Source: Patescibacteria group bacterium (GTDB lineage Bacteria > Patescibacteriota > Patescibacteriia > PEXW01). From it: a stretch of DNA of 64,000 nucleotides. Where the stretch lies: positions 129,296-193,295 of the forward strand of contig JBBTVB010000002.1 in the NCBI GenBank assembly GCA_038063455.1, in the 5' to 3' direction. Position numbers and translations under genes: made by a program. Under the pieces are notes generated by a model. It did not search any database and was not told the DNA's origin. It was given only the letters and a program-made list of their open reading frames with translations. This document shows positions 42,824 to 52,830 of this stretch, in pieces (within the stretch, counting starts at the first letter, position 1; each line of letters opens with the position of its first letter).

Positions 42824-45800
42824 TTAGCGGACGATGATAATGTTATGCGGAGCGGGTTCCCAGAACTCTTCGGTGGTGAGGCCTTGCGCTGGGAAACTGG
42901 TGCACCGACCATTCCTCGTGGTGCTAATGGCACCGCGGTAGTTGCACCACTCCCAATTGTCTTGCACTTGCACCTGCGGCGTAGCTACGCAGTACTCCCG
43001 GCCGCTCACCTGCGCGCGGGTGGCGTAGGGCCCCGTGCCACGGGCGTAGCAGTCGCCGGCATTGCTGCCAAAGCGATACACGTGCGAAATGCTGTGCGGG
43101 TCGGCGGGGTCGGTGCGCGGTGCAAAACCCCAGGGCAAAATCTCATCACTCTTCTCATCCCCGTTCCAGTCGATGGCGATATTCTTTAGCGGCAACTGCT
43201 GGCTATCCACGGCCGTGTTAAAGCGCAGCTGAATGAGCTCGCCGCTATTGACCACCACGTCGCTGGTAGCACCTTGGCCAATGCTCACGTTAAGCACTTC
43301 TGGCGTTTCGCCGCAGTAGGCAAACGGCGCATCAGCGATACTAGAAAGGAAGCCGCGATCGGTGGATTTCGTAGTGCCATTGTATGTAAGCGGTTGGCCG
43401 CAACGGACCATACTGTCATAGGCACTTGTCCAAGCGGAAATTTTTGTGCCAAGGGTGCTGCCCGGAATAGGTGTAAAGCCGACATCTGCACCCGGTAATG
43501 TTTGCGTACCTGTAGATGCGGCATAGGCGTTCGTCGCTCGGTTCCACTCCCAGCCTTCATACGCGTCAGCAAACAGCAAACGCAAGCGAGCTATGGTACG
43601 TGAGTCTATGCTGGGTTGCGTTTCTGCGGCATTTGCTTCGGTGGCATACCGCGCGCCTGGCTGGCCCACATAGCCACCCGAGGCATTGGCGTAGTCGCAC
43701 ACGCCGCCGGTACCGCATTCGGTGTTCTGGGTGCAGGCTTTGCCGACGTCTGTGCTCGGCGCTGCCGAGATGCAGACTTTCACCGGAGCCGAGCCGATGC
43801 AGTACCCGCCGTCGCCACCCACGCTGGTTGCATTGCCGCACTTGATAATATCCGCTTGCGTTGCGCATGTATTGGCGTAGTTGGTGCTGCAGTAGCGTTT
43901 GCTGCAATCGCGGCCGTCAAGACAACTAAAGGTGGAACCCGCGCGGGCATCGGTGGTGCCAAATTTGAGCTGCATGGGCCCACCCAAACCGCCATCCCAG
44001 CCAGTGGGCCGGTCAAAGTTGGCTTCGGGCTGGTTTATAGTGCCAAAAGGTTTGGCGTCTTGGTACAGGCCATAGCCAAAGTTGGGCAAGGTAAAGGTAT
44101 TGCTAGAAATATTTTTTGACCACGCAGCATTGGTTGTGCCGTCAGCCACTTTTACCACCTGCGTGCACCACTCTTTGAGGTGGACAATACCCGCGACCAT
44201 GGCGCCGCCAAGGCCATCGCTACCATCATTTACGTAGCCCGTAAATGAAACAATGCGTCGTGGCGTAGTATTACTGAAATTCACTTGCGCGCGAATCTCA
44301 TTATTCCCTGCGCTCCAATAATTATTCCAATTGTTTGCAGCACTTGTGGTGAATGTGGTATTTACAGGCCAGTCAACATTTGAGCCAAGTGTAATAGTCC
44401 AGTCAATCTTTTCAATTTCATATTCGTAGTACTGATCTTCCACACGAGCAGGTACAGTGGTTTCCAAACTTATATTTTCCGCACATCCACAAATACCAGG
44501 CATGCCAGAAGAGCCATCTGGTAAGGCATCTTTATCTCTGCTACAAAAAGCATTACCGATAACATCGCATTCTCCATTATTATCATTATTCGCACCATTG
44601 ATGCGTGTCGTAATTGGGCGACGGTAACCTTGCGTCTGGTTTGTTAATGACGACGTAAGTGTGTACGAATTGCCATCAAATAGAGTTGAACTATAATTCC
44701 CCGACGATTGCACGCACGCATACAGCGGCGTGCGGTCTTGGTAGCCCGCCGCTTCCACTTTGCCAAAGACGTTGCGGTCGCCGGCCAGCACATCAATTGG
44801 GTACCAGCTTAAGCACAAGCTGGGGTTGCGCGGGTCAGGCTCCAAGCAGTAGCCCTGCCAGCCGGCATAGCGTTTGCCGGTGTCGTCTTGGTAGCTGCAG
44901 TCGAGCGCTGTGGAATTGGGGTATGCCCGGCAGGTACGTGGAATTTGGGTGGTGCCAGCGAGCTGACCTTGCAGCGTTGTGGTTACTGTCGGCGCATCTT
45001 CTACATTCAACGTAGGCAGGACAGAGACGTTGTCGATGGCAAAGGCATTACGGTTGGTAGCCCCGACGCTGAAGAAGACAAAGCCTTGATCGGCCTGGTA
45101 GCCCAGGTGGTTTAGGCCCACGCTATTGCCCTGGGCAGGCGTGGAGCCAGCGCCAGCAGTGAGCTTGAGCGGCCCAACCGTGTAGCGTTGCCATTGCGCC
45201 GTGGGCACGACGGTGCCAGACCACGCCACTGGCGCGTCGACGCTATTGCCCGAAGAAATGCCAGCGGTTAAACGCGTGTCACTGCCAGCAACCTGATCCG
45301 GGGCTTGCACGTAGCGGGCCGAGAAGCTAAGGGTGTACGAGCGGCCGGGCGTCAAACGGTTGGCAAGAGTGGCGGTAGAAGTGCGCACTGCCACCACGGC
45401 ACCAGCCGCAGGGGTGACGGTAATGAATGGATTGACTGTGACAGGTGCAGAGGTGTTCTTGCCCGCATCGCGCACTTCACTAGTAACCAGGCTGAGCTTG
45501 CTGCCATTCGGGCTGGTGGCGGGGTCGGCGTCTGTGGCGCCAAACATTTTCCAGCCGCTGGTGCTGAGTATTTTAGATTTGCTAAAGGTGCCATTAAGCA
45601 CATCGTCCGCAACGGCAATGCCGTCATTGCCTACCTGCGGCGCGGCGCCAAACAGGTACTTACCTTTTACCAATTGGTCGCTGGCCCACTGCATGCCCGC
45701 AACCACCAAACCGCTCTTGTTACGCAAATCTTCGATACTGTAGGGCGCGGTGTTGCCGGTAAACTGCATGGGCTTGCACACGCCCCCGCCACAGTCGCTG

Positions 45801-48800
45801 TCTTGCACGCAAGTTTGCTTGGGCTTGTTGCTGCAGCGCAGCTCGTCTACAAAGTGGTTGCACTGGCCGCTGGGGCTAAAACTGTCGCAGGTGGCCAAGC
45901 CCAGGGTCAAATTTTCTTTTTGTCCGTTGGGTTTGGTGCTTTCAATAACCGTGCTCGGGGCCAGCCACTGGCTGCACTGACGGTCACGCTGCACCTTGAG
46001 TAAGGTGTTGCTGTCGCACAGTTCCGGGTGGTCGGCACAGGCTGACGGGCTGCCGGAAACGTCGGGATTGGTGGGTGAGCCGCCAACCGGGCTTTGGTCT
46101 GCATCGTAGGCCAGTGAGGTGTTGGATAGGTCGTTGAAAAGGCGGCAACCCAGCTTGTCTCCCACTTGGCCGTTGCAGGTGTTGGCGTCAACACTCTGGC
46201 GAATCACCGACGTGCTGGTGGTGGGGGTGACGGCGAAATTATCCAGCCAGTAGCCCGCAGTTCCCGCCACTGCACCGCCAATGATGCTGCAGGTAACGGC
46301 ATTGCCCGAGAAGAACCGGCTACTCACGCGTAGGGCTTTGTCCGAGAAGCGATCGGCCGGGATGCGTGCGTTCGCGCCGCTGGTGTCTGGCACCATACTG
46401 GCGTCCGGCGAGCTTACGGCAACGGCTGCGCCTTGGGCGTTCTTACAGCTGACCACGCCCATGCGGAAGATGTCTGTCATGGCCACATCACCTTTAGTCA
46501 CATCGGCGCTAAGAACGTAATAGGTATTCGCATCGAGGCTGATAGATTGCGAGAACGTGCCTTGGCCGGTGATAACCGCGCGCACGGCTTGCGAGCCGAG
46601 GTTTTGGCTATAGGCTTTCACGCTGCCGCTGAGCGTGCACAGTGCGCCGTTGCAGTCTGCATTGCTGCCACACTGAATGCCATTGGAACAGGTACCGGCA
46701 GTCCAACCTTGCGGCAATGTATTCGGTGCGGCACTGCCGTTGTCCACTTCGAGCGAGCTGTTGCGGCTGAGGCTGGCACCGGTGCCAATGGGGTCGAGGA
46801 AATTGCCGCAGCCATTTTGCTCGGCTGGGCACAAGCCGGCATAGCCACCATTCGGCACTGCGGGCGGGATATTATTGAGCGTGCGCGTGGGGCAAGGTGT
46901 GTCGGTGCCGTCGATGTACCATCCTGCTGCTTTGTTGCCAGACACGTCGCGGTAGCTGCAGACTTTGCTGCCTGGGTTGCGGAAGTACGCTTTGCCACCT
47001 TCGGACGTGGTGTACTCTTCGCAAAACAGCGTGCCGCGGCCGCACATTATGGTCGGGTACGCATCGGGCGTGTCCAGCAGGTAGGTCGTTGCGGTGCTCT
47101 GCACCCCACCCGTGGCATCAAAGGTTTGCTTACCCAGTGCGCGGCAACCTTTTTCTTCACCGCGGCAGGCTTTGGCCGGGTCATTTACCCAGTACTCCAC
47201 CACGTCACCTGGGGTGGTTACGGTGTCACCCGGATAGGGTGCCGCGCTTACCTGGCCACCCAGGTTGAGGAAATTTACCAGAGCGTTTACATCGCTAATA
47301 TCGACGCCGCCGTCGGCATCGACATCGCCAGCATCCATTGGGCTGGGGGCGGGGCCGCTGGTAAAGAGGTAGGCCGAAAGGTAGTCGCGGTCAGCATTAT
47401 CCACGCGGCCACTGCCGTCCACGTCGCCACGTTGGCTGGGGAAACTGGTAGTGGCACTGTACGCACTGGCTGTGTTGCGCGTGTTGATGAGCGCTTCACA
47501 ACCCACCACTTCGGACTTACACAACCGGGTGAAGCCTGCGTAGGTGTTTACCTGGTTGCTGCGGTTGCGATACTCCTGGCAACCTTCAAACCCGCCGCAC
47601 GCAGTTTGCGATGCTTTGACGCGGTAAATGCTGTCCGTAATTTCGGTAAGGGTAATATTGTCCAAGAAGTACGCCACACCCGCCGTGCCCGAAATGGTCA
47701 GCGCGTTGGTCCCGGTTGTATCAAAGTCCACCAGCCCAGGCCCCAAGGTGTACACGTTCCATTCCGTGCCAACACTCACGTTGCCAAGCTGCGCCGTACC
47801 CGCGCCTGTCCCGACGTTGGCGCTGAGGATGGTGGCGCTGGCAGCTTTGGCCCAGAAATTGAGGACGTATGACTTCCCGCGGGTAAGCGCCACGCTTTGG
47901 TTTTGCGCGGTCGGCGTGCCGCTGACGTGGAGCGAGTGGCCGCCAAAGTTCACACTCTCGGTGCTGGGATTAACTGGGTTGCTCACCACCCACGGTGCGT
48001 ACGAACCGTTCTCAAACTCGCTGGTGAGCAGGGTACGCGTATTGCTGCCGGTGTTGCCCACGTACTCGCGGCAACCCACAGCGGCCGCCGAGCACGAAAG
48101 CGATCGCGTGCCATCGGCGTAGTACACGTTGTTGTCTGCCGTGTTCCGGAAGGGGTGGCAATCTGCCGTGCCTTCGATAAGCCGCGAGCGCAAACGGTAG
48201 TAGACTTGGCCAGCATCATCGTAGTACTGCCCGCAGTCGGGGTTGGTGCCAAAGCTGGCTTGGCAGTCGATCACCGCAGTTTGCGGGCTGCTGTTGTCGA
48301 TACAATTCAGCGGCAATGTTTGGCCGGTGGCCAAATTGGTGCACGGCCCAGTGCCTACGTTGCTCTGCTTCAAGCGGTACTGTTTTAACTGGTAGCCGGT
48401 TTCGTTGTCCCCTGTCCAGGCGTAGTAGTTTTTCAGGCCGGGGTCGTTGGGCTGCACGCAGAGTTGGAGTTTGGTAAATTGTGCCTTGCCTTCGCCGCCC
48501 TGCGCCACCTGGTCCAGGTTGGTAAAGGCCTCACAGCCTACATCCTGCGCCGTGCACTGCACGCCGGTCTTCGCAATAAACGAGACGAGCGGCTGGCAGT
48601 CGCCGGCCACCCCGCCGCACTGGCTATCATCGGAGCAGGAAACAAAGCTGTTCACCAGCTTAGACTTGCAGTATTTGCCGGTGCGCGTCTCGTGGGCAGC
48701 CAGCACGCTTGCAATGGGTTGCTCGCGGAACGTGGCGCAGCCCACTTTGTCGGCCGGGCAGCTAATGCCGCCTTTGGCCGGCACGTTGCTCCCACCAGCA

Positions 48801-51800
48801 AGCGGGGTAAAGAGGTCGCAGCCCACATCGTTGGCTGTACACTTGGTAATAAACTTGCTGCACGCTGCCGGGTCCGTAGCCACATTGCCCGTGCAGGCCA
48901 GCCCATCAGCCGGCCGCTTGAGGTGCACTTGGTTGACGGCACCGTAATCTTTGTAGTCGGTTAGCTGGCTGCCTTCTTCAACCTGGACATTATCAAGCAG
49001 GTACGTACATGCCGTGCTGGGGCGAAAAACCAGATTCACATCTGACCGCGCCTGGCTGCTGAGGAAGGTGTACGCGTAGCTAAAGCGCTGCCACCCTGGC
49101 GTAATCGTGGGGTTTGCCGAAGGGCTAAACTCTGTGCCGCTACCGAGTGTGGTGTCGACAACGCAGGATATGCTTTCGGATTTTGCGTAGAACGAGACGG
49201 TAAACGTCCGGTCGCGCAATGGCACGCCGGTATCCCGGATGGTAGTGAACGTATGCGCGGCATTCCCGCCCCCGCAGTCTGGCAGGTACTGAATGCGCGC
49301 CGACTGGCCGCCGGCAAACGCTTGGGTCGAGGCGAACGACTGCGCGCCACAGGCCTGCGAACCATCGCCGGTGACCCAGCCGCTGAAGTTGGCGTTCTGC
49401 GCGGGGTTGGCCACAGCCGACTCTTCGAAGTTGCCGTTGGCCACCAGGTTCGTGCCGGTGCTCATCCGCAAAAACTGCGTGCAGCCTTCGGCGCTTGCAT
49501 CGCACTCTTGCGCGTCACGGTCAAAACGCACGGTATTGGCTGTTGAACCACTAGCACACATCCATTTGCCCGCCGTGTAGTCATAGGCGGTGCAGTATTG
49601 CTGGCAGCCGGCATTGTCGGCCCCGCAGCTGTCGGGTTGCAAGGTATTCTGCAGGTAGCTGGCCGACTGGCCCGCACTGTCCGTAAACGTCTGGCAGGAT
49701 GCGTACACGTTATTACAGCTCTGGCCGTTGAAGCGCCAGGTGTCTTTTTCTTCGGTGCAGGTACCAAATTGCTTGCAGGTGCCGTCGTCGTTCTCTAGCA
49801 CGCAGGTGCGTTCGTCCACGCAGGCTTCACGCCGCTGAATTTGCTCTTGGCGTGGTGTAATAAAGGCGCAGGTTTTTTGTGTGGAAAGGGTCGTGGCGTT
49901 GGTGTTGTTCACGCACCCAGTTTTGGTATCCGTATCTGGGCTGGAAGCAGCACACGTTGGATCATCTGCGCCGCCGCCATCCGTACACTCGCATACCTTA
50001 CCCACATTTTTATCCGACTCGTTATTACAGTAGCGCAGTGCATAATCAATATTCTTACGCCCGCCCTCGTCGCCATCATCATCCAAATACTCTTGAGACA
50101 CTATGTCGGCAGTAAAACCAGTGCGCAGGCAAATATTTTCTGGGGCCTTCAGCACCCAACTGGGGTCAATAAGTCGGTAGTACGGTGAATCTGGGTTGTC
50201 GAACTGCCCGACAATCGCACCCAAGTTCACATTCTGCCGCTCAAAGTCACGGATGTACTGGGCGGCCAGCTCCCACCCTACAGGAATAATGCGGTACTTC
50301 CGCAAAATCTTGAGGCTGCGGTATGGGTAGCCACTGCGGAAGTCTGGCTCACGGCCGTTGGCATCGAAACCAAACACCTTTTGGTCGGTGAGTAATTTTC
50401 GATCTATAGCTTGCTGTACGGTAAGTTTCTCCTCTACTGCTTGGCGAAAATTTGATTCGAGCACGCAGTTATTCGAGGTTATCGAATTTGGTGACTGCAA
50501 AGATACGGACGACGGTTCAACCGGGCATGAGGATAGCTCGGTCAAAATATCTATGCCCCCGCCAGTGCCCAGGTTTACTTGGCCCAAGCTGGCAAAACGC
50601 TCTTTTGCGGCTGCCACCCCCCCAGTCGCGCCACCTAGGTTTCCGCTCTTAAAAGCCAAGCTCTTGGCTTTGGGGTCGGCTATGCCCTTGCTAAAAATAC
50701 GCTCGATGAGTTTGTTGGTAAGCGTGTTGGTAAAAATGCCAAACGCATCAGCGATGGGCGAACCGGTTTGCTTGAGCTCGGCTTCGGTAGAATTTTTTAC
50801 GCTGAGAGCTTCTTCGGATCCGCTCTGTGTCAGGAACGCGGGGGTTTTTACTTGACCACTAATAAGCGCGGTAATTGGCAGTGACCCGCCAAAAATTTGC
50901 AGGGTCTTTGCATCATCTTCTTTTTTCTTGGCTTCTTGCTGCGCCTGGTTGTAAAAAGTGAGGTATTGGCCAATGGGATTTTCCGTAGGCTTAAAGATGT
51001 TTGGCAGATCACCAGAATCAAAGGCTTGTTGCAACGAAGCTGCCGTAGCCCCACCCGAACCAAAAGGGGTGTTTACCGAAATACCACTTTGCGACAAGCT
51101 GTTCTGCACGTTGTTGCTAATGGCAGTAAGCGTGCAAGACGTGGTGCGGCGCGTCTTGGCACTGGTGCAACGGTTAACACAGAGCTTGAGATCGGCTTGG
51201 AGTTTTTGCTCCGCAGTCGTGACCAGCTTTTGCAATTCTGTTAAGCACTCGGCAGGGCGGTCTTTCAGACCAATTGTTGTACATGTGGGAGAAACAAAGG
51301 TAGAGCCCGAACCTTTGGTAATTCCTTCTTGCAGGTTTTTTATTTCAATTCGAAGCTGCGAAGCACTTGCAGTCCCAACAGTACCAATACTCGTCGTAAG
51401 TGGCACCTGCATGCTGTCTTTACCATCCTCAAAGTTCTTTTGGCAGTTCTCCTGACAAAAATTTGGGTTCAGGTTGGCACGCAACGCTAAATCGATTTGG
51501 ATTTTTGCAATACCGGGGTCACAAATGCTTACGCCAAATTCCGATTTAGAAAGGGTATCCAAAAAATCCCCGGCCGCAGCATTACCCAGGTCTCGAAAGT
51601 AATTCGGATCCGTTATAAATAGCGGGCTCTGCCCTTGACCACCAGATGCAACCCACGTTGCGGTATCTTCAGCAATTTTGCCTAAGAAAACCCGTAATCC
51701 ACTCTTGTACGCTACATCGCCTGCCTTTTTGGCAACTTTAATCGCAACATCGGCAATCCTATCAAAAATTGTTTTGGCTCGTTCCCGTGCTTCTTGCGCT

Positions 51801-51985
51801 AGTTTTAGGGATTCAAGAAGCGGCGCACTAATTACCCACTGTGCTTGAGCTGGGGCTGGTCGAATGAGAATGCCAATAATACTTGCCGCCAGAAGGACGG
51901 TAGCTAAACCAGAAAGAAACGCACGGCGCGGCGATGGTGCGCGGCGCTGTATTTTGCGGAAAAATTTTCCGAGCTTACGAGCCAT
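42824..51985 (-). CDS. Giant (3053-aa) Cys-rich secreted surface protein with four jelly-roll (CBM4_9-like) modules, a dockerin-type EF-hand pair and a PKD-like C-terminus
   Basis: The N-terminal signal anchor ends PAPAQA/QW. Four modules open with NGxFE/NGxF and close with (L/I)DN(V/I/F)x(V/L), at about 48960-49450, 47640-48030, 46230-46765 and 45010-45610. GDVDGSGRVDNADRDYLSAYLF plus GDVDADGGVDISDVNALVNFLN lie at 47264-47428. Confidence 0.75.
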   Translation of the reverse strand: MARKLGKFFRKIQRRAPSPRRAFLSGLATVLLAASIIGILIRPAPAQAQWVISAPLLESLKLAQEARERAKTIFDRIADVAIKVAKKAGDVAYKSGLRVFLGKIAEDTATWVASGGQGQSPLFITDPNYFRDLGNAAAGDFLDTLSKSEFGVSICDPGIAKIQIDLALRANLNPNFCQENCQKNFEDGKDSMQVPLTTSIGTVGTASASQLRIEIKNLQEGITKGSGSTFVSPTCTTIGLKDRPAECLTELQKLVTTAEQKLQADLKLCVNRCTSAKTRRTTSCTLTAISNNVQNSLSQSGISVNTPFGSGGATAASLQQAFDSGDLPNIFKPTENPIGQYLTFYNQAQQEAKKKEDDAKTLQIFGGSLPITALISGQVKTPAFLTQSGSEEALSVKNSTEAELKQTGSPIADAFGIFTNTLTNKLIERIFSKGIADPKAKSLAFKSGNLGGATGGVAAAKERFASLGQVNLGTGGGIDILTELSSCPVEPSSVSLQSPNSITSNNCVLESNFRQAVEEKLTVQQAIDRKLLTDQKVFGFDANGREPDFRSGYPYRSLKILRKYRIIPVGWELAAQYIRDFERQNVNLGAIVGQFDNPDSPYYRLIDPSWVLKAPENICLRTGFTADIVSQEYLDDDGDEGGRKNIDYALRYCNNESDKNVGKVCECTDGGGADDPTCAASSPDTDTKTGCVNNTNATTLSTQKTCAFITPRQEQIQRREACVDERTCVLENDDGTCKQFGTCTEEKDTWRFNGQSCNNVYASCQTFTDSAGQSASYLQNTLQPDSCGADNAGCQQYCTAYDYTAGKWMCASGSTANTVRFDRDAQECDASAEGCTQFLRMSTGTNLVANGNFEESAVANPAQNANFSGWVTGDGSQACGAQSFASTQAFAGGQSARIQYLPDCGGGNAAHTFTTIRDTGVPLRDRTFTVSFYAKSESISCVVDTTLGSGTEFSPSANPTITPGWQRFSYAYTFLSSQARSDVNLVFRPSTACTYLLDNVQVEEGSQLTDYKDYGAVNQVHLKRPADGLACTGNVATDPAACSKFITKCTANDVGCDLFTPLAGGSNVPAKGGISCPADKVGCATFREQPIASVLAAHETRTGKYCKSKLVNSFVSCSDDSQCGGVAGDCQPLVSFIAKTGVQCTAQDVGCEAFTNLDQVAQGGEGKAQFTKLQLCVQPNDPGLKNYYAWTGDNETGYQLKQYRLKQSNVGTGPCTNLATGQTLPLNCIDNSSPQTAVIDCQASFGTNPDCGQYYDDAGQVYYRLRSRLIEGTADCHPFRNTADNNVYYADGTRSLSCSAAAVGCREYVGNTGSNTRTLLTSEFENGSYAPWVVSNPVNPSTESVNFGGHSLHVSGTPTAQNQSVALTRGKSYVLNFWAKAASATILSANVGTGAGTAQLGNVSVGTEWNVYTLGPGLVDFDTTGTNALTISGTAGVAYFLDNITLTEITDSIYRVKASQTACGGFEGCQEYRNRSNQVNTYAGFTRLCKSEVVGCEALINTRNTASAYSATTSFPSQRGDVDGSGRVDNADRDYLSAYLFTSGPAPSPMDAGDVDADGGVDISDVNALVNFLNLGGQVSAAPYPGDTVTTPGDVVEYWVNDPAKACRGEEKGCRALGKQTFDATGGVQSTATTYLLDTPDAYPTIMCGRGTLFCEEYTTSEGGKAYFRNPGSKVCSYRDVSGNKAAGWYIDGTDTPCPTRTLNNIPPAVPNGGYAGLCPAEQNGCGNFLDPIGTGASLSRNSSLEVDNGSAAPNTLPQGWTAGTCSNGIQCGSNADCNGALCTLSGSVKAYSQNLGSQAVRAVITGQGTFSQSISLDANTYYVLSADVTKGDVAMTDIFRMGVVSCKNAQGAAVAVSSPDASMVPDTSGANARIPADRFSDKALRVSSRFFSGNAVTCSIIGGAVAGTAGYWLDNFAVTPTTSTSVIRQSVDANTCNGQVGDKLGCRLFNDLSNTSLAYDADQSPVGGSPTNPDVSGSPSACADHPELCDSNTLLKVQRDRQCSQWLAPSTVIESTKPNGQKENLTLGLATCDSFSPSGQCNHFVDELRCSNKPKQTCVQDSDCGGGVCKPMQFTGNTAPYSIEDLRNKSGLVVAGMQWASDQLVKGKYLFGAAPQVGNDGIAVADDVLNGTFSKSKILSTSGWKMFGATDADPATSPNGSKLSLVTSEVRDAGKNTSAPVTVNPFITVTPAAGAVVAVRTSTATLANRLTPGRSYTLSFSARYVQAPDQVAGSDTRLTAGISSGNSVDAPVAWSGTVVPTAQWQRYTVGPLKLTAGAGSTPAQGNSVGLNHLGYQADQGFVFFSVGATNRNAFAIDNVSVLPTLNVEDAPTVTTTLQGQLAGTTQIPRTCRAYPNSTALDCSYQDDTGKRYAGWQGYCLEPDPRNPSLCLSWYPIDVLAGDRNVFGKVEAAGYQDRTPLYACVQSSGNYSSTLFDGNSYTLTSSLTNQTQGYRRPITTRINGANNDNNGECDVIGNAFCSRDKDALPDGSSGMPGICGCAENISLETTVPARVEDQYYEYEIEKIDWTITLGSNVDWPVNTTFTTSAANNWNNYWSAGNNEIRAQVNFSNTTPRRIVSFTGYVNDGSDGLGGAMVAGIVHLKEWCTQVVKVADGTTNAAWSKNISSNTFTLPNFGYGLYQDAKPFGTINQPEANFDRPTGWDGGLGGPMQLKFGTTDARAGSTFSCLDGRDCSKRYCSTNYANTCATQADIIKCGNATSVGGDGGYCIGSAPVKVCISAAPSTDVGKACTQNTECGTGGVCDYANASGGYVGQPGARYATEANAAETQPSIDSRTIARLRLLFADAYEGWEWNRATNAYAASTGTQTLPGADVGFTPIPGSTLGTKISAWTSAYDSMVRCGQPLTYNGTTKSTDRGFLSSIADAPFAYCGETPEVLNVSIGQGATSDVVVNSGELIQLRFNTAVDSQQLPLKNIAIDWNGDEKSDEILPWGFAPRTDPADPHSISHVYRFGSNAGDCYARGTGPYATRAQVSGREYCVATPQVQVQDNWEWCNYRGAISTTRNGRCTSFPAQGLTTEEFWEPAPHNIIIVR

Positions 51986-52769
51986 TCGTGTTGGTAGATT
52001 CTTTAAGGGTTTCGTCTAAAGCTTGGTTGTAGACTGCGCGCAACGTGGCATCGTCATAACCGTTGAGTGTTGTCTCCTCAACGCCGCCAGATTTTAGGAA
52101 CTCGCGAATTTCTGGTATCGACAGGTTCTTCAGTTGGTCCACCGTCAGGCTGCTGGTTGTGCTGGTATTCGTGTTTGTAGCCGCAGAGGTGTTGGTATTG
52201 CTCGTGGCCACGACACTTTGATAATTGGCCAGCAGTGTCGCATCATCAACTGCATCAACTTCGGCTTGCGACACACCGGCTGCAAGTAAGGCTTGGCGGA
52301 GCTGGGCTGCAGTAACTGCACTATTCCCGCTAACGGGCGCGGTATTTGTGTTTGCATTAGCCGCGGCACTGTTGGTTGCGCTTACCACCCCGCAGGTCTG
52401 CCCAGAAGGGCAATTGGGGTCGGTATTGCTGTCAACTTCCTGCTTATCGGTCTGCCCGTCGCTATCCGAGTCGGCAATATAGGGGCTGGTGTTATAGCTG
52501 TAGAGCTCTTCGTAATCACTCAAACCATCTTTGTCGGCATCTTTGGCCTGTAAAGCAAGTAGTTCCGTATCTTGCGGCTGCACTTGGTTCTGAAGCCGAG
52601 CAATTCCTGCAGAGGTAAAGGGCTGCTTGAGGTTGTTCCGAAGCTGAAAGCCGCCAAGGATGAGCGCAGAAACTCCTAACCCAAAAAACAGCCACGCTAC
52701 CCGCCGCTCGCGCTGTTTTTGTTCCGGACCACTTGGCTGTGCATTCCCACCTGCGGTTTCGTTATCCAT
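51975..52769 (-). CDS. Membrane-anchored protein with thrombospondin type-3-like Ca-binding repeats; first gene of the T4SS-like operon
   Basis: The ATG at 52769 is preferred because the promoter lies inside the longer ORF (track start 52895). One TM, DADKDGLSDYEE and DSDSDGQTDKQE repeats (about 52420-52545), and N/T-rich linkers. The stop overlaps the giant gene's start by 11 nt. Confidence 0.6.
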   Translation of the reverse strand: MDNETAGGNAQPSGPEQKQRERRVAWLFFGLGVSALILGGFQLRNNLKQPFTSAGIARLQNQVQPQDTELLALQAKDADKDGLSDYEELYSYNTSPYIADSDSDGQTDKQEVDSNTDPNCPSGQTCGVVSATNSAAANANTNTAPVSGNSAVTAAQLRQALLAAGVSQAEVDAVDDATLLANYQSVVATSNTNTSAATNTNTSTTSSLTVDQLKNLSIPEIREFLKSGGVEETTLNGYDDATLRAVYNQALDETLKESTNTNGS

Positions 52770-52830
52770 GTTTCTGTATGTGTTCCGCTCGCTGCGAATA
52801 CCTTCATGCGACAAGCTTTGGATAGTGCAA

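Noticed and set aside
42824-51985. Diversity-generating retroelement targeting the giant protein
   Set aside because: There is no reverse transcriptase gene in the window, and I could not find a template/variable repeat pair with adenine-specific differences.
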